Positions 38,426 through 50,453 of a stretch of DNA of 64,000 bases are shown here, one piece after another (within the stretch, counting starts at the first letter, position 1; each line of letters opens with the position of its first letter). This DNA is from Octopus sinensis (lineage: Eukaryota). The notes beneath the pieces were generated by a model that did no database searches, had not been told where the DNA came from, and worked only from the letters and a program-made list of their open reading frames with translations. The DNA is taken from the NCBI RefSeq assembly GCF_006345805.1, contig NC_042998.1, positions 39,680,001 through 39,744,000 on the forward strand. Reading direction: 5' to 3'. Both the position numbers and the translations under genes were made by a program.

Positions 38426-39389
38426 AAGCATATTTAAGCCTCAAAAAGTAGAGAGTTCTACTAAACAAGGGTTTTAATTATAATCGTATGGTGAACTAAT
38501 CAACAAGCCCTGCTAAAAATAGCAGCCAAACTTCTCTCAAATCACTACAATTTCAAAACAAAACTGGAAAGAGACATTAAATAAATGTAATCCAAGACGT
38601 TCGATACCGAGAAAAAGGGACTTTACTGTTTGGCTGCCAATTTTCAATCTCTGTTCGAATTTATTCTCTATTCGGTGTAATAATATGCTAATCAATACTA
38701 TCAAGGATCTTTCCAGTCTCAAACCGTGTTCAACGTGACACATTCAACCAATATCCGAAGTTTCAAACTGTTTAGTTTTAAAAAATTAATTTAAAAATCT
38801 GTTCTCGAGATTGAACAGATCCGCTATCAAATTCATTTTCACCATAAATCAATGAATAAAGAGTTATTAACTTTTAAAGTTTGCAAATTTGGGGTAATTT
38901 TAGCTAATTGTAAGGCACAGACACATTCGTGCCTCTTTCCATAGTAACAAACCAAACATGAGAACTTTTTTGTCTGTGAGATCGTTGATCGTCGACCCTC
39001 TGTTCTGTTGCTTGTGCCCATCTGCTGGTTGTACTCTGGTCAAGAGATGTGCTAAAAATAACAGCCAAATAGACCTTAAATCCGGCCTCTCCACTGCCCC
39101 AATTTTTTTGTTTTTATATAATTGCATGAATTCCTGGTTACAGAATACAAATTTGCAAAAAGTTTTCAAAAAATTCCCAAAAATAAAAAAGTTATAAGGG
39201 GTAATATGTTGTGCATAAAGCAGGAGTTGATTTATTAAGTTTCATTTTAAAACACACAAAATGACAGTTCCTAGATTCTGTTTTCTGGCTGGGTGAAAAT
39301 TCGTTTCTACTCTAGGCACAAGGCCCGAAATTTTGGGGAAAGGGGCCAGTCGATTAGATCGCCCCGAGTATGCAACTGGTACTTAATTT

Positions 39390-39750
39390 ATGACAAATCC
39401 TTTCAGGCAGGTGACCCTGCTTGATCTGTAGGAAGGGTGTAGGTAGAAATTCCATAAGATATACCCAGTGTAAGCTATGAACACATAAGAGGTGCAGCAA
39501 TATCAGAGGAAGCTTAACTGGGATATTATGGTTATGTGTGCACAGGTACAATAAACACTTAAAATGTACAAAAAATAGGCTGCATCAAATGCCAGTGGGG
39601 TAAGCAAGAGGTAGTAGATAGTTTCTATTATCTAGGTGATCAAGTTAGTTGAGGAGGTGGATGCTCTGAGAGTCTAGCTGTTAGAATCAGAATAGGATGG
39701 GCAAAGTTCAGAGAGCTCCAACCTCTGTTGGCAACAAAGGGCTTATAAGG
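39390..39750 (+). mobile_element. RTE fragment covering the PHD region
   Basis: [28 protein letters not shown]. Confidence 0.85.
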
Positions 39751-41419
39751 AGTCAAGAAAGATCTAGTTTTTCACCAGCATAGTTCAGTTGTGCTGTGAC
39801 AGATTCCAACTAATCAGCGCTGGAGGCAATATGAACAAGTAGTGATCTGCCTTAGCTCAGGAAACTCACTATAGCAGTGAGGCGACAGTCTGAAACTAGT
39901 TGCAGAAACAACAGTCAAGAAACAACTTCTCTTCATTTGAAATGCCGCAGTTTTTGTGCTGACCACCAGCTGCGTGCAACTCACTTGAATGATATCAGCT
40001 ACCACTCTGCTTCAAAATGAGAGTAGTTCATTCTCATTCTTGTTAGCTCACAATGGCTTCCACATAACCCTTCTGTGTACAAAGTCAGTCATGAGATTTC
40101 TTCATGTCTCACATACATGTGTATTTGCTTCATGCACACAGATTAATTGTTGTTACCACTTGCCAGCATTTGTTTTATTTAATTAAAGTTTACAATGTTT
40201 CATTGTAAATGAACTGCTTTCTGAACATTCTTTATTCGTGTTTATTGAAAAGGACATCGAAAGAGATTCTCTCACAGATACTCTTCATACATTAAATCAC
40301 AGAACACATGCTCTAAATTAGTAACTACCACCATGTTACAATCAAACCCACATTACATTGGTAACAACCAGTGTTACTTTAGCAAAACGCTATAGGCTTG
40401 CAGTGTGGACTTGTGTGAAATTGCTCTTTCCCATTTATTATACATGCATTCGAACATAGCAAGGAACAGCTGGCCTTTGGCTGCTCTTTGGATCACGTTG
40501 TGTCCACAACTCTGATTGGTTGGTATCAGTGCAATTTGTCCTCCTACTCGGTTGCACCAACTTGTCACAGATAACCAGTCAGAGGCTCTAAATAGGAACA
40601 TGCAGGACAGCTGTTTACTACCCTATTTTAGCCTACAGCTCATTATAAAATCTCAGCTTTTCCTTGCTCCTGGTCTTTGGTTTCAGACCTTTTAAGGTCT
40701 AGCCACTGACTAAGAAGATACAGTCAGTTCCAGTGGAAATGCCAGATGGCACTATTACCACAGCAGTTATGTTGAGACTTACCAACTTTGTCCTTCTTCA
40801 TTGCCACATCATGTCCTTCTTAACGTTGTCAACATTGTCTCTCTTCGTACACAGCTCAGTAAGCAACTCACCCAGGTTCCAACAGTTCACCATTTGTGAA
40901 TTGTTTCACTATGGATCAATAGCAAATTTATGACCTGCATGAACTCCTGTACCACGTGACCCAGGCAGCAGCATCACAGCCACAACTTCACATACGACAT
41001 GTACTTGTAACTGGTTCAACATCATGACCGCGACTTCTTGATACAGTATTTCAACTACCGTGTATGACTGATTACGAAATGGTACTATCATCTTTCTTGT
41101 GACTATGAACTTACTTCTCATTTCAATGACTTATGGACACTTTCACTGCTTTCTTTATTGCCATCTGTAAATGTTCTTAACACGCACATACATCTATGCC
41201 TCTACATACACATGCATTTTGTTCTCATGACGGCCTGTCAATTATTCTATATACATGACACACACAGACACATGTTATCACATCAGTAAATGTTCTCTCA
41301 ATCATTCTGGTGTGGTTGTGTCTCTTTCCATCTGGCATTTATTTGTTCTATTCAGTTTCTCTTTATTGTTACGGCCATGTGATGTGGTACAAAAGAGCCA
41401 TTCCCAGCACCTCCCATCT

Positions 41420-42220
41420 CACGCTTCATTACAAGCTTCTCCCTCAGAGTGAAAGGCAGTGAAACATGGACTGTGACAGCCGAGAACTTGCATAGGCTTG
41501 TAAGAAACGAAACTAGCGTGCTTTGCTGGTTATGCAATGTCAACGAGCATGTACAACAGAGAGTAAGTGTCTTGAGAGAAAAGTTGGGCATAAGAGGCAT
41601 CAAATGTAATGTGCAAGAGAGATAACTGTGCTGGTATGGTCATGTGATGTGTATTGTCAAGGACAGCCGTATAAAGAAGTGTTGAGCTCTAACTATAGAG
41701 GGAACCTATGGAAGAGGTAGATCCAGGGTGAGACATGGGACGAGGCGGTGAAGCATGACAGTTAAATGTTGGGCCTCATGGAGGGAATGACTAGTGACCG
41801 AGACCTTTGGTGATATGCTGTGCTTAAGAAGACCCATCAAGCTAAGTGAAATTGTAGTTGTGACTGTTTCCAGTGTCACGTCACTGGCTCTTGTGACGGT
41901 GGCATGTAAAAAGCACCTTTTGAATGTTGGGCCTCATGAACGCAATGACAAATGACCAACACCTTTGGCATGATGCTGTACTTGAGAAGAAAACCCATCA
42001 AGTCAAGTGAAATCATAGTTGTGGCAGATACTGGTATCATGCAACTGGCACCCATGTCAGTGGCACGTAAAAGTACTCATTACACCCATGGAGTGGTTGT
42101 TGTTAGGAAGGGCATCCAGCTGTAGAAATCTGCTGCAGCCCCTCAGCTGACCAGACCCGATCAAACCATCCAACCCTTGCCAGCATGGACAACAGAGGGT
42201 AAATGATGATGATGATGATA
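41420..42220 (+). mobile_element. RTE 3' end with UTR and (GAT)n tail
   Basis: Homologous to 42621-43450 in the opposite orientation. Confidence 0.85.
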
Positions 42221-42620
42221 TATGCATACATACATACATATATATAAAACTGAGAATGTGTGTCTGTCTGTCTGTGTGTCTGTGTGAATCCCTAAAACTT
42301 GGGAACTACACAACCAATTTCATTCAAATTTTACACATGCCTTACTTAGGGTCCATGTAGTATCATGGGCCAAAAAAATGTTTAAAAGAAGATCCACTAT
42401 GGTCTTACTACTAACAAAGGAATGGTAAGACCATAGTGGATCTTCTTCTAGTATAATGGATGTCCACTTACAGGTCATCCCTCTTATATGTATGTAATAT
42501 AATTTTTTCTGAAACTTCAGACTTTTCAATATGCTACACCACTGGTTTTAAATTGATATTAATCAAATTAATATTCAATTTTTCACCATTATTATTTAAA
42601 ATTTAAATTTACATGTATAT

Positions 42621-44511
42621 CATCATCATCATCATCATCGTTTAACGTCCGCTTTCCGCGCTAGCACGGGTTGGACGGTTCGACCGGATCTGGGAAGCCA
42701 GGGGCCGCTCCAGGCTCCAGTCTGAATCTGGCAGAGTTTCTACGGCTGGATGCCCTTCCTAACGCCAACCACTCCGTGAGTGGATTGGGTGCTTTTTACG
42801 TGCCACCTGCACAGGGGCCGGAGGGTCCGGCATCGTCACGATCGGTTCGAGCATTTTAACGTGTCAGCGGCACGGGGGCAACGAGGTCCGGGGTACTTTG
42901 GGGATTGGGGTACTTTGGGGATCCAGGGTACTTTGGGGATCCGGGGTACTTAGAATGGGTAGGGGGTATGTGGAATTGCTGCAGAAAGCAGCCCGGGTCT
43001 TTGTAGTCACAGCATATCTCCAGAGATCTCGGTCCTTCGCCATTGCCTCAGTGAGGCCCAATGCTCTGAGGTCATGCTTGACCACCTCATCCCATGTCTT
43101 CCTGGGTCTACCTCTCCCCCTGATACCTTCAACTGTTTGGGAGTGGCACTTCTTCACACATCTCTCTTCATCCATCCGCAGCACATGACCATACCATCGC
43201 AAGCGTCGCTCTTGCACACCACATCTGATGCTTCTTATATCCAGCATTTCTCTCAGGATACTTACACTCTGTTTTGCGTGCACACTGACACTACACATCC
43301 AGTGGATCATGCTAGCTTCATTTCTTTCAAGTCTACGCATGTCTTCTGCAGTCACAGCCCATGTTTCATTACCGTGAAGCATGGCAGTTCGCACACATGC
43401 ATCATACAATCTACCTTTTGCTCTGAGGGAGAGACCTTTTGTTGCCAGTAGGGGTAGGAGCTTTCTGAACTTTGCCCAGGCTATTCGTATTCTAGTGGTG
43501 ATACTCTCTGTGCATCCACCTCCGCTACTAACTTGGTCTCCCAGGTAGCGGAAACTATCAACTACTTCTAGTTTCTCTCCCTGGAGTGTGATGGAATCTG
43601 TTTTCTGAGTGTCTGTTGTGTCTATTGTCCCTGTGCATCTGCCGCACATGAAAGCTATCTTATCTGTTAATTTCCCTTTAATGTTGCTGCACCTCTTATG
43701 TGTCCATAACTTACATTGGGTGCATCTTATGGAGTTTCTACCTGTACCTTTCCTACAGGTTGAGCAGGGCCACCTACCCGAGGGGATGTGTGCTGAGTAC
43801 CTCTTGCTGCTTACTAATACTTTGGTCTTTGCTACATTTATTCTAAGGCCCTTTGATTCCAACCCTTGCTTCCACACCCGAAATTTCTCTTCTAGTTCCG
43901 GTAGTGATTCTGCTATGAGAGCTAGGTCATCGGCATAGAGGAGCTCCCAGGGGCATCCCGTTTTGAATTCCTCTGTTATTGCCTGAAGGACTATGATGAA
44001 TAAAAGGGGACTGAGGGCTGAGCCCTGGTGCACACCTACTTCTACCCGGAATTCTTCACTATATTCGTTGCCAATCCTAACCTTGCTGACAGCCTCTCTG
44101 TATAGAGCCTGTACAGCCCTTATTAGCCATTCTTCAATCTCCAGTTTCCGCATCGACCACCAGATAAGGGAACGGGGAACCCTGTCAAAGGCTTTCTCCA
44201 AGTCTACAAAAGCTATGTAGAGGGGTTTATCTTTAGCTAGGTACTTCTCCTGCAGTTGTCGGACCAGGAATATAGCATCAGTGGTGCTTCTACCTGGTAC
44301 AAAACCGAACTGCATTTCATCTAAACAAATTCTCTCCCTAATGAGATTGGTTATGACCTTCTCTGAGACCTTCATCACCTGGTCCAACAGTTTGATACCT
44401 CTGTAGTTATTTCTATCTAGAGCATCACCCTTACCCTTGTAGCAGTTGACTATGGTGCTGCTGCACCAGTCATTGGGTATGACTCCATTGTGAACTACCT
44501 GGTTTACAATG

Positions 44512-44514
<3 letters not shown>
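42621..44514 (-). mobile_element. 5'-truncated RTE-clade LINE with uninterrupted RT, internal PHD finger and (GAT)n tail
   Basis: Open frame [42 protein letters not shown]; 3' UTR; (CAT)n on the plus strand at 42621; 5' end abuts (AT)n at 44515. Confidence 0.96.
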
Positions 44515-44572
<58 letters not shown>

Positions 44573-44770
44573 TTATATATGGATGTATATGTATACATGT
44601 ATATATATATAGAGGTATATGTATACATGTATTTCTATAGATATAGATGTATATGTATACATGTATATGTGTAGATGTATATATATATAGATGTACATGT
44701 AATATGTACACATATATATACACATATATACATGCATACATATATACACCCATACACACACACATACATA
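44515..44770. repeat. (AT)n and degenerate TA/CA microsatellite
   Basis: Direct reading. Similar tracts at 21600-21650, 22650-22800, 45495-45620, 47304-47400, 50390-50470. Confidence 0.95.
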
Positions 44771-44932
44771 GGTGCAGGTGTGGCTGTGTGGTAACAATCT
44801 TCGTTCCAAAACACAATGTCCTGGGTTCAGTCCCACTGTGTGGTGATTTGGCATGTGTCTTCTGCTATAGCCTCAGACCAACCAAACCCTTGTCAGTGGA
44901 TTTTGTAGACAGAAACTGAAAGAAATCAATCG

Positions 44933-44984
<52 letters not shown>

Positions 44985-45497
44985 GTAAGTCTGTGTGTGT
45001 GTCTTTGTGTTTCTTCCTCATCAATGCTCCACAACTGCTGTTTGTTTGTTTAGAGCACCATAACTTACTGGTTTCACAAGAAGAAACTGATAGAATAAGT
45101 ACCAGGCTTATCAAAATAAAAAAAAGCACTAGGCAGTGTCTCATATTTTTGTTTGCCCACTCAGTTGTATCTATCAATTTATCTTTTGTGTGAGTGTGTG
45201 TGTGTGTATATATATATGGATTTCGTAGACAGAGACTTAAAGAAATCCATCGTAGATATCTGCATGTATATATGTAAGTGTATGTGTGTGACTTTGTTTC
45301 TGTGTTTCGCCCTCATCACTGCTTCACAACTGCTGTTCGTTTATTTACATCCCAATAACTTACTGGTTTCACAAGAAGAAACTAATAGAATAAGTACCAG
45401 GCTTATCAACATAAAAAAAGCACTAGGCTGTGTCTGATATTTTTCTTTGCCCACTCAGTTGTATCTGTCAATTTATCTTTGTGTTTGTGTGTGTATG

Positions 45498-45602
<105 letters not shown>

Positions 45603-45631
45603 ATACATGTATGTATATGTGCACATTCATA

Positions 45632-47302
45632 TCTATTATATCAAAGTCAATGTGTTTGTGTGTTACTTATACATTCAAAAACTGCTGCACCGATCATAAT
45701 GAAATTTGGAACATAAAATCCAAGCCTAGGGAGGAGGGTAATGCTATGTGTTTCATACAATTTCATGGACCAAAATTACTGAGTCGATCCTTATGATATT
45801 TGAAACTTAGATTCAATGCATAAGGGCGGGTATAATGCAATATGTTTGGTTTGAATTTCTGATGGCTTAAAGGGGGCAGAACCCCCATGAAAATTCATAA
45901 ATTTTCGATGTTGATGAAATTTCAACCATGGGTAATTGACACACATCAAGAAGTATTCTCAAAGTTTCCACTTCACATGAGGATTCTAAGACACCCTAAT
46001 GGGGGCCTTAACTCCTAAATTTTAGTCATTTCTTTTATGATCCAAAACTAGGTCAAAGGTACTGAATGGATCTTTAGGAAATTATATTCTATGCATAAGG
46101 GCCATAACCCCCATGACAATTCATATATTTTTGCTGTTGATGAATTTGAACCATACATATTAAATACAATTGAAGTAATATTTATAAAATTTCATCTTCT
46201 TACAAGTTAGAAAGACTCCTTCATGGGGATTTAACACCCACAATTTAGTCGTTTTATCTAAGCAAAGACTAATACAGTTGTACTCTTGGAAGCTGTAGGG
46301 TCACCCGAGCATTATTTGTAATTCAATGGTACAAAAGATGAGCATTATTTGTAATTCAATGGTACAACAGTGTAAGAGTTTGCTTTGACATACACTTACA
46401 TTGTGATTTCTGCAATGTGCTGCATAAATTGTCAAGTAAATGAGAGGCATCTTTGCTTCCACTGATTCAGTTGCAAAGTGTTGAGTAAAGTTATTTGATT
46501 GCAGACCTCCTTTCAGTCATTTTATTATCACTGGGTCACACATAGTCCCCAGATGGTAACATTGATTTCAAGGCCTTCCCAGATGAGTGACTGGTTATTC
46601 AAAGACATTTATAGATTGTAAATTTATTCTGTCCAGTTATGTATCAGTATAGTGGCCATTTGCAAACTCCAACTTTCATTTCTCCTTAACCCTCATGTCA
46701 CACAGTTGTTAATGTTTATTTCAGTTGGGTCACGCCCTTCCAATTGCTATAGATTCATAATGCATCTTATGGCTGTGCCTGTCACCTGGATGGTGAGGAA
46801 TACTACATTGGGAGTGGTACTGTAGCTGACTGCTTATTGTGATCATTTGTCTTTTGGTTTCCTGCCTGTAGCTTTGCTCTCTTTTACAAATCCAGTGAAC
46901 ACATATTTCCTATTTCAAAGAAATTCAAACATTAGCTATAGGACCCAAGTTAAAAAGATTCTCAACAATTCAACTTCTCTGGTTGATATTAAGATGCCCA
47001 CCCCCAATAGGGGCTTTAACTCTCAAATTTTAGAGCTCTATGACCTCCATTTTTCAGGATCAAAATCCTTTTAACAGGTTCTATAAGACTGGAATTTTAG
47101 AATATGTGCATAAAAATCAGTAGTATGAGATACATGTGGCATGATTACAATTTTTTTAGGGTGTGTAAAGAGGGAAATAACCCTTATCTGCAATTTTGAT
47201 GAAATTTGAAACATAGGTATTCCAGTTCATTACAGAAAATATAACAGAAAAGTCTAATTCTTCAATTGCATGTAACACGGGCAACACCGGGTAACTCAGC
47301 TA

Positions 47303-47303
<1 letters not shown>
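45632..47303 (+). mobile_element. Non-autonomous Helitron
   Basis: 5' A|TC start, 3' cacgggcaacaccggg hairpin then CTAG|T; repeated gatgaaattt(g/t) motifs. Confidence 0.8.
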
Positions 47304-47342
<39 letters not shown>

Positions 47343-47769
47343 TATATATATCAACTCGTGTGTTCCTTTCCACCCTTATACATATATATATATAATATAC
47401 CCACACAATGGTGACATGCTGGTAACATGTTAAAGGTATCAGTACCCAGTACACTCTGTGGAGTGGTTGGCATTATGAAGGACATCCAGCCATAACAACC
47501 AAACCCCAAAAAGACAACTGGAGCCTGGTTCATCTCTGTGATTTACCAGTTCCAGTCAAACCATCTAACTCATGTGAGCATGGAAACAAATGCTAAATGA
47601 TGATGATGAATGGGTTTCTTTCAGATTTCATCCTCTAAATTCACTCACAAGACTTGGATCACTCTGAGGTAATAGTAGAAGACACTTGCCCAAGTTGTCA
47701 TACAGTGGAACTGAACTCAGGACCATGTTGATGGAAAGCCAATTGTATTTCTATGTAGCCACACCAACA

Positions 47770-48130
47770 CTTATAAGACTAGCATGCTCTGCTGAATGGA
47801 TGATGTCAGTGTGCATGTATGGCAGAGAGTAAATGATTTCAGAGAAAAATTGTGTATAAGAGGCATCAGATGCTACATGCAAGAGAGAAGACTCTGCTGG
47901 TAGGGTCATCTGATGTGTATGGATGAGGACAGCTGCATAAAGGAGCACTAATTTCTAATTGTGGGGGGAGCATGTGGAAGAGGACGACCCAGGGAGACGT
48001 TGGACAAAGTGATGTGAAAGGATCTACAGATGTTGGGTCTCACTGAAGAGATGACAAGAGACCGTAAGTTCTGGTGATTTGCTGTGCTTGAGAAGACAAA
48101 CTAAGTAAAATCATGACCATATGTACAGGC
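47770..48130 (-). mobile_element. RTE C-terminal fragment
   Basis: Homologous to the RTE C-terminus (GRPRETLDKVM). Confidence 0.75.
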
Positions 48131-48599
48131 ATGTCCTTTATGACCATTCCTCCACTCACACATAATTCTGTCCTCTATCAAACTCCTCCACAAACCATCT
48201 TCCCCATACGTCCACCACACACTGCACATCACACCATCCTCCTTAAGGTAGCCAAGTATCTCCTCAGATAGTATGAGGGCTACATTTGTCATAATGTAAT
48301 CTCTCAGTTCTACTCCCCTCTCTCAGCTGAGAGATCCTTGTCTTGCGAGCCCGCAGGTGCAGGTAAAAACATTTGTGCTGGTCCCACATAAAAAAACTCC
48401 TGTGCCAATGCCACATAAAAAGCACCTGGTGCACTCTGTAAAGTGGTTGGCATTAGGAGAGGCATCTAGCCATAGAAACCATGCCGAAACAGACAAGTGG
48501 AGCCTGGCATAGCACTCCAGCTGGCCGGTTCTTGTCAGACCGTCCAACTCATGCTGGCATGGAGAATGGGCATTAAATGATGATGATGATGATGATGGT

Positions 48600-48965
48600 A
48601 ATGAGGCTGTGTGGTAAGAAACTTGCTTCCCAACCACATGGTTCCAGGTTCAGTTCCACTGCATGGCACCTTGAACAAGTGTCTTCTACTATGACCTCGG
48701 GCTAACCAAAGCCTTGTGAGTGGATTTGGTAGAGGGAAACTGAAAGAAGCCCATCCTAGATATGTGTGTGTGTGTGTTTGTCCCCCCCCCCACCATTGCT
48801 TGACAACCGATGTTGGTGTGTCTACATTCCTGAAACCTAGGAGTTCGGTAAAAGAGACCGATAGAATAAGTTCTAGTTTTACAAAGATTAAGTCCTGTGA
48901 TCGACTAAAGGCAGTGGTCCAGCATGGCTGCAGTCAAATAACTGAAACTAGTAAAAGAATAAAAG
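48600..48965 (+). mobile_element. tRNA-derived SINE, same family
   Basis: Match to 2941-3330 with more divergence. Confidence 0.85.
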
Positions 48966-49224
48966 AATATATATGTAAAAGCGCCTGTGCAGTGTCACGT
49001 AAGAGCACCCAGTACACTTTGTAAAGTGGTTGGCATTAAGAAGGGCATCCAGCTTTAGAAATCTTGCCAAATCAGTTCTGGAGTTTGATGCCTCCCCCAT
49101 CACCACCAGCTTACCAGCTCTGGTCACACCATCCAAATCATGCCAACAAGGATAATGGACTTTAAATGATGATGATGATAGTATATATATATATATACAC
49201 TACCTGAGTACAACCACTGCCATT

Positions 49225-49535
49225 ATGGCGACGACCAATCTCCCTATTACTACTACCACAACCACCATCACCGCCAACGGTATTGTTACTACTCCCACCG
49301 CCACCACTCCTACCTGTACTACTATTCCCACCACCACGACTATCACCGTTACTGCTATCCTCACCCCCAACTGCCTGTAGTACGTCTCTCCCTCTTACTA
49401 TTCCTGATACTATTATCTCCCACCACTACCATCAGCACTAATTACATGCCTACTCCTCCTCCTCCTCCTCCTCCTCACACATCAGTCTGTAGTTCCTCCA
49501 CTACCACCACCACCGCCACCACCACCATCTTTGTC
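49225..49535. repeat. Low-complexity (ACC/ACT/CCT)n tract
   Basis: Direct reading. Confidence 0.85.
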
Positions 49536-50398
49536 TCACTTTCATCACTTTCCTCTCTAATGTCGGTAAGCTTCTGTTTTGGTTTTCTCTTCAACTCATT
49601 ATTCGCTTCATCTTGACTCATTTTCACTGCTATTACTCTCTCGACACTTTTACTCTCTACTAAATTTATTTATTTAGTTTTAATTATCATTTACTATAAT
49701 TAATCAATCAGTTATTATTATTTCCCAGAATGTCTAACACTCTGATTCTCAACCATTTCTTTTATTATTATCCACGGACCCCTTTGATTACTGTTTCATT
49801 CTGGCAGACCCCATCATAGCCATTCGATATTTAAAAACTAGTTTTATAGATGCTTCTTTCAAAATGTCTATTTTGGTTTTCACTCATTCACGTGTATGTA
49901 AAATGGTAGAGAAGTAAACCAAGCTGTTTCTTGCAGCTGAAACATTGGAAACAAAATTTTTCATGACCCTTAAATACTACTGTGGATTCCCAATTTGATA
50001 TTTCCTTGCGTGTGTCCCCATCACCCACAATCTTATATGAAATCCCCTCCTCAGTTGATACGGACCCCTGTTTAAAAGCAGAAACACTTGTTCCACCTAA
50101 GAATATTGATATTGGAGGATTCTTGGCTGGTTTTAAAATGGTTTGATTGCCAGAATGGGAAACTGCAATAATTAAAAAAAGGTAGGACATAGGTAGGCTG
50201 AAATATTTTGCGGGGTGGTGGTCATTTAAGGACAGTCATTGTTTACTGTTTCCACCACCAAAAACGTAGAATGGTTAGAACTAAAAACTGAACTAAATCA
50301 ACATCCTTAACAATAAATTTTAAATCGAGTGTAGAACCGTTTATGTCTATATATATAAATAACCGTCTAAGAAAAATATACGTGTGTGTGAATGTATA

Positions 50399-50453
<55 letters not shown>

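Noticed and set aside
40760-41110. Faint H..C..C pattern resembling an integrase zinc finger (minus strand)
   Set aside because: Too many stops and too little motif conservation to call.
44515-44816. N-terminal ~100 aa of the 650-aa ORF (MCFGTK...YIYIYI)
   Set aside because: It is stop-free (AT)n/(CA)n microsatellite read-through, not part of the RTE protein; the element is 5'-truncated at about 44514.
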